In this document: positions 10,207 through 19,482 of the stretch, piece after piece
Layout: every line of letters starts with the position of its first letter
Position numbering within the stretch: the stretch's first letter is position 1
NCBI GenBank assembly: GCA_000437235.1
Contig: FR897047.1
Location: 43,542 to 107,541 of the forward strand
Direction: 5' to 3'
Length of the DNA: 64,000 bases
Origin: Coprobacillus sp. CAG:826
GTDB taxonomy: Bacteria; Bacillota_I; Bacilli_A; RFN20; CAG-826
Translations under genes and position numbers: made by a program
Notes under the pieces: model-generated
Seen by the model: only the letters and a program-made list of their open reading frames with translations
Told to the model about the DNA's origin: nothing
Databases searched by the model: none

Positions 10207-10509
10207 ATTAGAAGTCTCCTTTGCAAATACTATAACAAAAAAAGATGGAAAAAGTCAAGTTATGGATAATGATTTTTAATTTTTTACAAAAATGTTATCG
10301 ATAAACCACTTTATTCTATTAATAATATATCGGTTTCACTGTCTTTCGTTCATGCTTTGTATTACAAAACAATGAAAATGTTAACTCCACAGTGTTCTTA
10401 CCACAATTAAAAAGAATTATAGGTATATTAAATGAGATAAAACAAGGAATATATGGTTCATATAAGCATAAAAAAATCAGTCGCTCCACGAAAGAAGTAA
10501 CTGAAAAAA

Positions 10510-10586
10510 TGGCCTGCCTGATTGGAATCGAACCAACGGCGTTCCGCTTAGGAGGCGGACCCTCTATCCTACTGAGGTACAGGCAG
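10510..10586 (-). tRNA. tRNA-Arg (anticodon CCT)
   Basis: Folded by hand into a cloverleaf. The acceptor stem pairs CTGCCTG with CAGGCAG, with discriminator G and encoded CCA. The anticodon loop is CTCCTAA. The T-arm is GTTGG-TTCGATT-CCAAT. Confidence 0.85.
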
Positions 10587-10647
10587 ATCTTTGGTATTTT
10601 ATCACGATTTAAAAGTTATTGCAAAAATTCACGGTACCACAAATTAC

Positions 10648-10700
10648 GGACAATACGCAGGTTTATTTTTACCGAATTTTAGGACAATACGCAAGTTTAT
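10648..10700. repeat. Two 19-bp direct repeats (GGACAATACGCAGGTTTAT and GGACAATACGCAAGTTTAT) 34 bp apart
   Basis: Seen directly at 10648-10666 and 10682-10700, between tRNA-Arg and its partial duplicate. Confidence 0.8.
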
Positions 10701-10741
10701 AGTGGACTCCACGAAAGAAGTGACGGATGGCTAGTCTACCA

Positions 10742-10788
10742 GCGTTCCGCTTAGGAGGTGATGCTCTATCTAGCTGAGCTAATGCACC
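10742..10788 (-). pseudogene. Partial duplicate of tRNA-Arg (5' half only), non-functional
   Basis: A near-identical D-arm and anticodon-loop segment (GCTCAGCTAGATAGAGCA...CCTCCTAAGCGGAACGC), but 2 nt are missing from the anticodon stem and there is no T-arm or acceptor 3' strand. It is followed by the same 3'-flank motif (GTNACTTCTTTCGTGGAG) that follows the intact gene. Confidence 0.5.
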
Positions 10789-10798
10789 AAAGAAAGAA

Positions 10799-11083
10799 TC
10801 AATGAATTTCAATTTCTTTCAATGTTTGAAGTTTTTTTAAAACAGTTTCTAATAATGCTTCTTTTTCTTTTGAAGTTTCATATTCGATTTGGACGTTTTT
10901 ATCTTTCATTATGGCTTCAAACATTTCTTGTAGTAATTCTTTAAACGCTAATTGATGGATAAGATGTTCATCTTCAGGAGCAAATTCTAAATCACGAAGA
11001 AGATGTTGATAAAAATGCGTTTCTGATAAAGATAAACATTCAAAATTCTTTCCATTTTTTTGTTGAATCATCACACTTTTCAT
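10799..11083 (-). CDS. Hypothetical small cytoplasmic protein
   Basis: 94-aa ORF with no recognisable motif. Confidence 0.4.
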   Translation of the reverse strand: MKSVMIQQKNGKNFECLSLSETHFYQHLLRDLEFAPEDEHLIHQLAFKELLQEMFEAIMKDKNVQIEYETSKEKEALLETVLKKLQTLKEIEIH

Positions 11084-11176
11084 ATTTCAACACTCCTTTT
11101 CACTTTTCCTCTTCTATGATATAGCCTTTTTTTCTTTTTTAAAAGCAAAAATTGTATTTCATTTATTCCTTTTTTA

Positions 11177-11914
11177 TTAAGACTCTGAACATGGTTGATT
11201 CTTTAATATTTTTATCTTAATGATATCGACCAAAGCAAGAATTTCTAGAACAGTACCTATGCCTAAAAACACATAACTGACAATCTTGCTTGTTTTATAA
11301 TTAGAATAAAGTGCACTTTCTGCTTCTTCCATATCCAGATAAATGACATGTTGCAATTCAATTTGCGAAATATGATATCTTTCGTATTCATCTTGATAGG
11401 CAATATATAATTTTATCTCTTCATTTTTAGCTAACACGTAATATACATCTTTATCTAGTTTTTCGTAAACAATTTGATTAACGTAATAAGTTTTATCATC
11501 GCCCACTAAATCAATTTTCAATGCGCCATTATTTAGACTATAATTCTCGATAATTCCACTAACTTCATAATTTTCAAAAGGTGTAAAGTGTGCCTGAGCG
11601 TGAATAAATCCTCCGAATAATAATGAAGATAGTCCAAATAAAAGAAAACACCAAAATCCCATTATTGAAGATGAAAGTTTTTTCATATATTGAAACCTTT
11701 TATTCTTTTTCATATCTTCGGATGGATAAGGATGGGGTAAAGATGTATAACCTCGTTTACTTAATTTATGGTATAACTGTTCCACTCCTACATAATATCG
11801 CTCAACGACAAATAGAATAACACCATCTTTATCGCAGCAAAATAGTTGCCCTAAATCTGGTGAATAATTCATATAAAAAATATCCGAATACTTAATGAGC
11901 TTATCTTTTTTCAA
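11177..11914 (-). CDS. Hypothetical membrane-anchored protein
   Basis: 245 aa. An internal hydrophobic segment (IMGFWCFLLFGLSSLLFGGFI) and a C-terminal TM flank a presumably extracytoplasmic domain. Confidence 0.45.
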   Translation of the reverse strand: MKKDKLIKYSDIFYMNYSPDLGQLFCCDKDGVILFVVERYYVGVEQLYHKLSKRGYTSLPHPYPSEDMKKNKRFQYMKKLSSSIMGFWCFLLFGLSSLLFGGFIHAQAHFTPFENYEVSGIIENYSLNNGALKIDLVGDDKTYYVNQIVYEKLDKDVYYVLAKNEEIKLYIAYQDEYERYHISQIELQHVIYLDMEEAESALYSNYKTSKIVSYVFLGIGTVLEILALVDIIKIKILKNQPCSES

Positions 11915-12269
11915 TAGCTTTTTTTATACAACCTCCATCTTCCTCGACAACAAAATAATCATATTTGTTAACTAAAAATCCTATTCCACTAAGTAGAAAA
12001 AAGAATAATGAAATAATTTCTATCGCCCAAAAAATTACATTTTTATTTGCAACTTTTGTTAAACAATAAAAAAGCACCGCTCCTACCATTCCTAAAAAGA
12101 AAAAAATCATGAATATAAAAAAGAACAAAGTAAGTCCTTTGCTTGGTTTTATCATAAATTCTGATTTATAAGAAATTTTCTTTTCTTCTTTTTCTTTCCA
12201 ACGTATGAGTAACCTATAAAACATAGGCAAAATAATCAACGAAGCTATACCGACTATGATTTGTTCCAT
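11901..12269 (-). CDS. Hypothetical small membrane protein (2-3 TM)
   Basis: 122 aa with hydrophobic stretches. It overlaps the downstream ORF by 14 nt. Confidence 0.45.
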   Translation of the reverse strand: MEQIIVGIASLIILPMFYRLLIRWKEKEEKKISYKSEFMIKPSKGLTLFFFIFMIFFFLGMVGAVLFYCLTKVANKNVIFWAIEIISLFFFLLSGIGFLVNKYDYFVVEEDGGCIKKAIEKR

Positions 12270-12311
12270 AATATTTTCTCTTTCTATAGAAGATGATTAA
12301 AATAATTTGTT

Positions 12312-12761
12312 TTATTGTTTTTCTATATGCTTGCTAAAAACAACGTAATGATACGTATTTTCTTGGTCAACATTCATTAAAATTCTCCATTGTTCTAATT
12401 CTTTAACATAATGAAAATATCCATTTGCTACGAACATTTCAATCACAATTCCATTGTTGAAGGTAAGGGTGACATCATTATTTTTGGTCAATTCAACTTT
12501 TTCCACTACTCCACCAATGATGTCATCACTATACTTATCTAAAAAATACCATTCATCATTATGGCTATCATCTTTTTCATCCCAACTAAAATAATCAAAC
12601 GTTGTAAATAAAATATCATCATTTTTCTTAATTCTTGCAAGTGTTTGACAATGTATTCCTATGTTATCAAAATGTAATATAAGCATTTGGCATGCTACAT
12701 TAATATTCAATAACTCTAATCCAATCAGCTGATTTAAACATTGTTTCATTTCTTCTTTCAT
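12312..12761 (-). CDS. Hypothetical protein (immunity-protein-like size and composition)
   Basis: 149-aa ORF with no motif recognised. Confidence 0.4.
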   Translation of the reverse strand: MKEEMKQCLNQLIGLELLNINVACQMLILHFDNIGIHCQTLARIKKNDDILFTTFDYFSWDEKDDSHNDEWYFLDKYSDDIIGGVVEKVELTKNNDVTLTFNNGIVIEMFVANGYFHYVKELEQWRILMNVDQENTYHYVVFSKHIEKQ

Positions 12762-12882
12762 GATAATTTTTCCTCTTTTATTTATTTATAACATATTATT
12801 CACTCTTTATCTATATAAGGAGAAAAACATGGGAATAGAGAAATTAAAAAAAGCCCCATTTCTAGGGCTAAATCAATAAAAC

Positions 12883-12965
12883 TGGTGCCCTCCACGAGAC
12901 TCGAACTCGCACTCGTAAGAACTAGATCCTAAGTCTAGCGCGTCTACCAATTCCGCCAAGAGGGC
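12883..12965 (-). tRNA. tRNA-Leu (anticodon TAG)
   Basis: Long-arm tRNA. The acceptor stem pairs GCCCTCT with GGAGGGC and CCA is encoded. The anticodon loop is CTTAGGA. The T-loop is GTTCGAGTC. Confidence 0.8.
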
Positions 12966-12972
12966 AAAAAAA

Positions 12973-13048
12973 TGGTGCCGACTATAGGACTTGAACCTAC
13001 AACCTATTGATTACAAATCAATTGCTCTGCCAATTGAGCCAAGTCGGC
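12973..13048 (-). tRNA. tRNA-Thr (anticodon TGT)
   Basis: The acceptor stem pairs GCCGACT with AGTCGGC, then A and CCA. The anticodon loop is TTTGTAA. The T-arm is GTAGG-TTCAAGT-CCTAT. Confidence 0.75.
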
Positions 13049-13062
13049 ACATCATACAAATA

Positions 13063-13138
13063 TGGTGGAGTCTACAGGGATCGAACCTGCGACCTCTTCC
13101 GTGTGAAGGAAACGCTCTCCCGACTGAGCTAAGACTCC
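13063..13138 (-). tRNA. tRNA-Val (anticodon CAC)
   Basis: The acceptor stem pairs GGAGTCT with AGACTCC, then A and CCA. The D-arm is GCTC-AGTCGGGA-GAGC. The anticodon loop is TTCACAC. Confidence 0.7.
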
Positions 13139-13698
13139 ACTACGCCTATATATAATACCAAATCTAAAAAATGATATCAATTATTTTTTTAAGTTTTTAA
13201 AGAATTACCTATTCTTGACTATTCGTTTTAACGCTTTTTAATGAGCAAATTAAAACTCAAACCGTAAAAATTAGGTATAAGATCATTGAAAAGCGCCTTT
13301 ATTCCTCAATGCAAAATTATATTTTCTTTATTTTTTGACAAAAATAAAGCATTTTCCTTCTTATTTTAAAAAAAGTATTTAATGTATGCGCTTTAATGGT
13401 AAAAAAGTATTAAAAAAATTATTCAAATTTCCAATATAATTTTATGATGAAACATGAAATAATTCTAATTTATTTTGATTTCAATCGACTACATGAAGCA
13501 TGGATAACCATTTCACTTGTATCATGTTATTTTATATTTGCAAATGCTGGTAGGCTTTGTAGAATATCCATACTAGATGAAGAAAGTGAGAGTGATTGAT
13601 AATGGAATTCTATCGCAGCCAAAAATGGATAGCCACTGCCCTTAGTGATTAGAACTAGTACTAGTCATGCAAATCAAAGCTGCAAGTAAGCATATGTA

Positions 13699-13739
13699 AA
13701 AAAAACCTAGGCCCCTCTTTTGCCTAGGTTATTTTTTTA
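13699..13739. terminator. Bidirectional rho-independent terminator
   Basis: A 7-bp GC stem (CCTAGGC...GCCTAGG) is flanked by an A-run on one side and a T-run on the other. Confidence 0.7.
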
Positions 13740-13744
13740 TCTCA

Positions 13745-13821
<77 letters not shown>

Positions 13822-14016
13822 TTTACACCGTGCTTACTTAATATACAATACCTAAAAATAAAAAGCAATATTTTTTTTATTTTTTTTAACCTTTTTTCAT
13901 TGTAGTTTTCATTCAAGATAAAAGCCAAAGCGGGTTAGATAACTCTTTTCTTCTTTTAAATAATCTCACCTTTTATTCGTTTTTTATTTATAATAAAGAA
14001 AAGGAGCAAAAAAAAT

Positions 14017-14460
14017 ATGGAAATGATTCTTGTTAGCGATTCTCATGGTAACATCGACGTTTTAAAAGAAATTGTACGTCGACACCCTCATGCAAATTAC
14101 TATCTTCATTTAGGTGATAGCGAGCGTTATCCTAACGAAATAGAGCCTTTTGTAAGTGTGCAAGGAAACTGTGATCCTTATGATACTTATCCTAAGTCAC
14201 GTTTCTTTAAAACTCGCTACGGAACCTTTTATTTAGAGCATGGTAATGGAGTGGGACGTTCTTTAGACTATATGGCATCTAAACACGCTGATTTCTATGT
14301 TTATGGGCATACCCACGTACAAGATATTCGTACCTATCAAGGTATGTATATTTTAAATCCAGGGTCCACTACTTTTCCGCGCGATGGTTCTATCGGGACC
14401 TATTTAGTGCTCTCATGGGATGAAAAAGGAGAATTAACTATTCATCCTATGAAAATTTAA
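14017..14460 (+). CDS. YfcE-family metallophosphoesterase
   Basis: Motifs DSHGN, GDSE and GHTH. The protein is 147 aa. Confidence 0.85.
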   Translation: MEMILVSDSHGNIDVLKEIVRRHPHANYYLHLGDSERYPNEIEPFVSVQGNCDPYDTYPKSRFFKTRYGTFYLEHGNGVGRSLDYMASKHADFYVYGHTHVQDIRTYQGMYILNPGSTTFPRDGSIGTYLVLSWDEKGELTIHPMKI

Positions 14461-15125
14461 ACGCTTTTAAAATACTCCTTAATCCCTTTATATATAAGTT
14501 CTGCCATGGTGTTTTGATAATCATCATTACAGAGCTTTTTTCTTTCTTCATCGTTAGAAAGAAAGCCACATTCAATTAACACGCCAGGAATCGTTGTATG
14601 ACGGAATAAATAGAAATCTGCACTATGGAGCGGTTTATCTTCTTTGGTGTAGTTATAAAATGATGTGGCTATGTTTTCCGCCAATTTTTTTGATTCTTCT
14701 ATTTCAGCATTATAATAAACCATTGGACCATGGACGCTTTGATTGGCTGCATAAATGTTCATATGAATTGAAATAAAAAGTTCGGCGCCCGAATGATTAA
14801 TATATTGTACTCTTTTATATAAGTCTTCTCTTTTCCTATTTTTTGCGTATTGAGTAGCTAAGTCATAATCTCCGGTTCTTGTAATCGTTGTTAGCCAATT
14901 TTTTTGTATACAGGTTTCTAATAACTTTGTAGAGACATTTAGATTAATTTCATCTTCTAACACATCATCATAACAAGACCCATTATCTTTTCCACCATGC
15001 CCTGGATCAATAACTAGTGTGTGAAAATAGGTTTGTTCTACTCGTCTAGTGCGAAGAGGAACAATTAAGGCGATACAAAACAATACTACAATGAGCGCAT
15101 ACAAAAATAGTGTCCTTTTTTTCAT
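14457..15125 (-). CDS. cwlD: N-acetylmuramoyl-L-alanine amidase (Amidase_3; CwlD-like)
   Basis: Signal anchor, then VIDPGHGG...E...H...E Zn ligands. Its position immediately downstream of rplM-rpsI mirrors the Bacillus cwlD locus. Confidence 0.75.
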   Translation of the reverse strand: MKKRTLFLYALIVVLFCIALIVPLRTRRVEQTYFHTLVIDPGHGGKDNGSCYDDVLEDEINLNVSTKLLETCIQKNWLTTITRTGDYDLATQYAKNRKREDLYKRVQYINHSGAELFISIHMNIYAANQSVHGPMVYYNAEIEESKKLAENIATSFYNYTKEDKPLHSADFYLFRHTTIPGVLIECGFLSNDEERKKLCNDDYQNTMAELIYKGIKEYFKSV

Positions 15126-15175
15126 AATTTTTAGTACCTCAATAATTTTATGTTCACACTTCTTTTAAATATAAC

Positions 15176-15208
15176 AAAAAGACCCATGCAAATCTGCATG
15201 AGTCTTGA
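15176..15208 (-). terminator. Rho-independent terminator after rpsI
   Basis: Hairpin GACTCATGCAGATTTGCATGGGTC followed by TTTTTGTT on the minus strand. Confidence 0.65.
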
Positions 15209-15237
15209 TGATTCCAATTGTAATTTTGAATTTGAAA

Positions 15238-15645
15238 TTAACGTTTGGAGAATTGTGGTGCACGACGAGCTGCTTTTAAGCCGTATTTCTTACGTTCTTT
15301 TGCACGTGAGTTACGTGTTAACATACCAGCAACTTTAAGGTTCGCACGATAATCGCTAGATGCTTCTAATAAAGCACGAGCAATACCTAAACGAATCGCA
15401 CCTGCTTGGCCAGTAAAACCGCCACCAGTAACTGTACAATTCACATCGAATTTATCGGTAGTGTTTGTAAGTTCAAGAGGTTGTTTTAAATCCATGACAA
15501 GGGTTGCATAAGGCATATATTCATCAACATCTCTACCGTTAACAAGGATTTTGCCTGTTCCTGGAACAAGGAATACACGAGCTACAGATGATTTTCTACG
15601 ACCAGTACCATAGTATTGGACATTTGCTTTTTTCTTTGCTGCCAT
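15238..15645 (-). CDS. rpsI: 30S ribosomal protein S9
   Basis: The characteristic C-terminus ...[17 protein letters not shown]. Confidence 0.95.
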   Translation of the reverse strand: MAAKKKANVQYYGTGRRKSSVARVFLVPGTGKILVNGRDVDEYMPYATLVMDLKQPLELTNTTDKFDVNCTVTGGGFTGQAGAIRLGIARALLEASSDYRANLKVAGMLTRNSRAKERKKYGLKAARRAPQFSKR

Positions 15646-15657
15646 ATTCGTTTCCTC

Positions 15658-16098
15658 CTAGAATTTGAGCTCAAGAACTTCTGGTTGTTGAGCTTCGTGC
15701 TTATGGTCAGGTCCTTTATAAACAAAGAGTTTCTTATAAATGGAACGACCAAGGCGTCCTTTTGGAAGCATGCCCCAAACGGATCTTTCTACCATTTCTT
15801 CTGGATAACGTTCGATCATTTCGCCAGCCGTACGAGTACGGAGACCACCGGTATAACCAGAGACATTGTAGTACTTTTTGTTGTGAACTTTGTTACCTGT
15901 TAAAGCAACTTTTTCAGCGTTGACGATGATGACATAGTCTCCACAGTCAACGTTTGGGGTATAAATGGGTTTGTTCTTACCCATTAAGATAACCGCTACT
16001 TCAGAGGCTAAGCGACCAAGGGGCTTGCCGGCGGCATCAATAACATACCACTTTCTTGTTAATTCTTTTGGCTTTGCAATTGTTGTTTGACGTTGCAT
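15658..16098 (-). CDS. rplM: 50S ribosomal protein L13
   Basis: 146 aa with a typical L13 sequence ([17 protein letters not shown]...). Confidence 0.95.
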   Translation of the reverse strand: MQRQTTIAKPKELTRKWYVIDAAGKPLGRLASEVAVILMGKNKPIYTPNVDCGDYVIIVNAEKVALTGNKVHNKKYYNVSGYTGGLRTRTAGEMIERYPEEMVERSVWGMLPKGRLGRSIYKKLFVYKGPDHKHEAQQPEVLELKF

Positions 16099-16241
16099 AA
16101 TTCATTTCCTCCTACCAAATTGTATTCTTACCGGGACTACAACTTTGGCAATAGTGCCATCTAGAATAATATAGATATTCTATCTATTTGTCAAGAATTA
16201 ATTTGATTTTTTAAAAATTTTTACTACGTAACGCTTAACTC

Positions 16242-17795
16242 TTATCGCGGAAATTCATCCGTTAAATCTAAATTCAAATCATCGGCAATTTCTCTTGCTA
16301 AAACTTGCGCAGGAGAAAGGAAGTTTTTTGGTTCATGAGCATCTACACCAATCACTACTTTACAGTGGTGCTCTGCTACGATTTTCCAAAATTCATAAAC
16401 GGGATAACATAGTCTCATTTCGTTTTGGTTATAAAGGCGCAATCCTCTTCTTGCACCGCCTAGATTAAGTTCTAATGGTAGATGACATTCATTAGCGACT
16501 TCACAAATTCGATGCGCTGCTTCCTTCGCCACCGCATCAAAAGGATGATAGAAACACAAATATAAATCGGGATGTGCAACATAACGATAATATCCCGTTT
16601 TCATGCCTGCAATTAAAGCATCGGTATATCTTTTTACGCCTTCTTCATCATACGGGCCATTTGAAATTCGAGAAGAAACACCATTGGTTCTTAAAAAATG
16701 TTGACCTAAAATCAAATATTCTATTTTTCCACTTTCAAGAAGTTTTTTATAATAAGCGTCATAATCTTCATAATATTCGGCTTCAAAACCTACATGGATA
16801 TCAATTTGTTCTTGATACTTTTCTTTTAATTCTAAAATTGAATGAAGGTAATCTTCTAACAATGTATAATCACCGCGAACATGAGGAAAAGGTTCATTTT
16901 GAAAATTAGGATAAAAAATATGATCACTAAAACCTAATGTTTTAATTCCTGCTTGAATCGCAGCTTGTACATATTCTTCATCTTCTCCACAAGCATGTCC
17001 ACAGCGTTTTGTATGTGTATGAAAGTTAAAAGGCAACGCTTCAAAATAATAAACTTCTTCTAAGAAAAGGCCTTGAGCAGGTGCTTTATAAGATGTAATT
17101 TGACGGGTTTCTGTATATAAATGCTTAGTAAAATAGTCAGGCTCTTCTTTTCCTAATCCAATTGCAATTAAAGAACCTACTAACATTCTTACCATGTAGC
17201 GCATAAAGCCGTCACCTAAAAAAGAGATGCGAACTGTATGATTTTCTTCATGAAAATGAATGGCATAAATGGTACGAACAAAATCTTTTTCATCCTCTTC
17301 TTTAGAAGTAAAATTACGATAACAAAGTGTTCCTTTTAAAGTCTCGGCCGCTATTTTCATCTTTTCAACATTTAAAGATTGATGTAGCTGATAGGTTGTA
17401 TTTCTTAAAAAGGGGTCATCTTCTCCTTGATGGATTACATAAACATATTTTTTAGCTAAAGCTTGGTAGCGGGCATGAAAATCAGGTGCTACCTCTTTCA
17501 TTGAAATAATATGGATGTCTTTTGGTAATAAAGCATTTAAAGCATACATAAACCGCTCTTTTTCTAATATTTTCGGTGAATCAAAGTGAAAATATTGTCC
17601 ATGAGCATGTACACCAGCATCGGTTCTTCCTGAAGCATAAATGCTTGTTGGCGTGTTAAGTAATTTAGAAATTATCTTTTCAATTTCTTCTTGAACCGTT
17701 CTTTTATCCACTTGTTTTTGATAACCAAAAAAGGCTGTTCCATCATAAGAACATTTCATTAAATAGCGTGGCATTAAAACCACCCCTTTATCCAA
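16242..17795 (-). CDS. truA: tRNA pseudouridine(38-40) synthase TruA fused to a C-terminal PHP-family (HisJ-like) phosphoesterase domain
   Basis: The N-terminal roughly 250 aa carry the TruA catalytic motif GRTDAGVHA. The C-terminal roughly 260 aa carry the PHP motif FHTHTKRCGHA and further His/Asp metal ligands. It is a single 517-aa ORF that overlaps ecfT by 22 nt. Confidence 0.85.
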   Translation of the reverse strand: MDKGVVLMPRYLMKCSYDGTAFFGYQKQVDKRTVQEEIEKIISKLLNTPTSIYASGRTDAGVHAHGQYFHFDSPKILEKERFMYALNALLPKDIHIISMKEVAPDFHARYQALAKKYVYVIHQGEDDPFLRNTTYQLHQSLNVEKMKIAAETLKGTLCYRNFTSKEEDEKDFVRTIYAIHFHEENHTVRISFLGDGFMRYMVRMLVGSLIAIGLGKEEPDYFTKHLYTETRQITSYKAPAQGLFLEEVYYFEALPFNFHTHTKRCGHACGEDEEYVQAAIQAGIKTLGFSDHIFYPNFQNEPFPHVRGDYTLLEDYLHSILELKEKYQEQIDIHVGFEAEYYEDYDAYYKKLLESGKIEYLILGQHFLRTNGVSSRISNGPYDEEGVKRYTDALIAGMKTGYYRYVAHPDLYLCFYHPFDAVAKEAAHRICEVANECHLPLELNLGGARRGLRLYNQNEMRLCYPVYEFWKIVAEHHCKVVIGVDAHEPKNFLSPAQVLAREIADDLNLDLTDEFPR

Positions 17796-18631
17796 ATAAA
17801 CACATCAATTTTCATAGCAGCAAGGGTAATAAACCCAGCAAAGAAAATAAGAGATAACAAAAGTGCTCCTGTATCTTTAAAGCCCCATTTCATTTGACGA
17901 TAATGCGTTCTTTTATGATCAGGATTATAGCCACGCGCTTCTAAGGCATCGGCTAAATCATCACTTCTATGAATGGCAGAAGATAAAAGTGGGACAATTA
18001 AAGAAACCATGGCTCGAAGTTTTTCCATGAGTTTTCCGTGTTCAAAATCAACACCTCTAGACGACTGGGCTTTCATAATTCTTTCCGTATCTTCTAAAAA
18101 GGTTGGAATAAAACGAAGTGCTAAAGTCATCGTCATAGCAACTTCTGAGGTAGGAAAATGGAACACTTTTAAAGGCGTTAAATACCACTCTAAAGCAAAG
18201 GTTAAATCTAAGGGCTTTGTGGTAGCAGTTAAAATCGTTGTTAAAGAAACCATCAAAACTAAGCGGATAATAATATAAAGCGTATCATAAAGCGCCTTAA
18301 CCGCAATAATAAAGCCTTGGTTACCGATAGCAATAAAGCCATATTTTGTATCTTTAATGAAAAGAATATTTAAAATTGAAACAAATAGCATCATTACCCA
18401 AAGTGCTTTGAGTTGCTTAAAAATCATGCTTAAACGTACATGGGACATCCGCATGATAATATAAATCACAATCGCCATAACGCCATAGAGAATAAAACTC
18501 GTTTCTGGATTTGGAAATGAAAGAAAAATCGGTACCATCAAAAAGATTAATGTTAAGATTTTCACGCGAGGATCTAATTTATGAATAGGCGAATTATAAG
18601 GCATGTATTTGCCTAATGTCATTTTGGTCAT
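17774..18631 (-). CDS. ecfT: ECF transporter transmembrane component EcfT
   Basis: 285-aa polytopic membrane protein at the conserved position after ecfA1-ecfA2. Confidence 0.9.
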   Translation of the reverse strand: MTKMTLGKYMPYNSPIHKLDPRVKILTLIFLMVPIFLSFPNPETSFILYGVMAIVIYIIMRMSHVRLSMIFKQLKALWVMMLFVSILNILFIKDTKYGFIAIGNQGFIIAVKALYDTLYIIIRLVLMVSLTTILTATTKPLDLTFALEWYLTPLKVFHFPTSEVAMTMTLALRFIPTFLEDTERIMKAQSSRGVDFEHGKLMEKLRAMVSLIVPLLSSAIHRSDDLADALEARGYNPDHKRTHYRQMKWGFKDTGALLLSLIFFAGFITLAAMKIDVFIWIKGWF

Positions 18632-19482
18632 TTTACATCCCTCGCTTTCACAATTTCTTTTGCTAAAGTCTCAGGATTCTTCACTTTTGTTAAATCAATG
18701 GCAATGCCTTTTTTGATTAAAGCCACAGCAAACTGATAGACGATTGGCATTTCTAAAGAATAAGATTCAAAATTTTCATCTTGAAATAATTCAGTTGGTG
18801 ATGCAATCTTAAGTACTTTTCCGTCTTGAAGAACAATCACCTTTTCCGCGTATTCTAAAACGACGTCCATATCATGGCTCACTAAAATTACTGTGGTTCC
18901 TTTATCATGGATTTCTTTAAAAAGATGCATCATTTCATCAATGCCCTTTGGGTCTAAACCCGCCGTCGGTTCGTCTAAAACTAAAATTTTAGGTTCCATT
19001 GCTAAAATGCCGGCAATTGCGACTCTACGCCGTTCCCCTCCGGATAAAGCAAAAGGAGATTTTTCATAATAAGAAGGTGGTATTTTCACTAACTCTAAAG
19101 CCTTTTGCGCTTTCGCTTTTGCCTCTTCTTCCGTTGCTCCAAAATTTTTAGGGCCAAACATGACGTCTTTTAAAACCGTACTTTCAAATAGCTGATATTC
19201 AGGAAATTGAAAAACAATGCCCACTTGTTTACGAAGAGCCTTTATGTTTTTTATTTTCTTTTTAGCTTCTAAAACAAAATCAGCAATAACAACTCTTCCT
19301 TCTTCAGGTAAAAGTAGACCATTTAAATGTTGAATTAAGGTGCTTTTTCCTGAACCTGTATGTCCTACAATTGCGGTAAATGAGCCTTCTAAAATTTCTA
19401 AATTGATATCTTTTAAAGCTTGATATTCAAATGGCGTTTTCTTACCATAAGTATAACTTACTTTTTCAAAACGTATTGGCAT
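18628..19482 (-). CDS. ecfA2: ECF transporter ATPase EcfA2
   Basis: Walker A GHTGSGKST and signature LSGGERRR. Confidence 0.9.
   Translation of the reverse strand: MPIRFEKVSYTYGKKTPFEYQALKDINLEILEGSFTAIVGHTGSGKSTLIQHLNGLLLPEEGRVVIADFVLEAKKKIKNIKALRKQVGIVFQFPEYQLFESTVLKDVMFGPKNFGATEEEAKAKAQKALELVKIPPSYYEKSPFALSGGERRRVAIAGILAMEPKILVLDEPTAGLDPKGIDEMMHLFKEIHDKGTTVILVSHDMDVVLEYAEKVIVLQDGKVLKIASPTELFQDENFESYSLEMPIVYQFAVALIKKGIAIDLTKVKNPETLAKEIVKARDVK

Noticed and set aside
10392-10682. 96-aa plus-strand ORF in the six-frame track
   Set aside because: It lies entirely across the minus-strand tRNA-Arg and the repeat region, has no RBS, and its composition reflects the tRNA sequence. It is spurious.
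10742-10788. Second tRNA-Arg-like sequence considered as a functional tRNA
   Set aside because: The anticodon stem cannot pair after a 2-nt loss. No T-arm and no acceptor 3' strand could be found in any register. It is treated as a pseudogene or scar.
13440-13740. Possible stand-alone small RNA on the plus strand ending in the strong hairpin at 13706-13727
   Set aside because: The hairpin has an A-run on one side and a T-run on the other. It therefore serves equally as the terminator of the minus-strand tRNA-Ile. No tmRNA, RNase P, SRP or 6S signature was recognisable by eye.
16099-16241. Possible ribosomal-protein L13 leader RNA element upstream of rplM
   Set aside because: The region is of suitable size. 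The Rfam L13-leader structure cannot be verified by eye, so it is not annotated.
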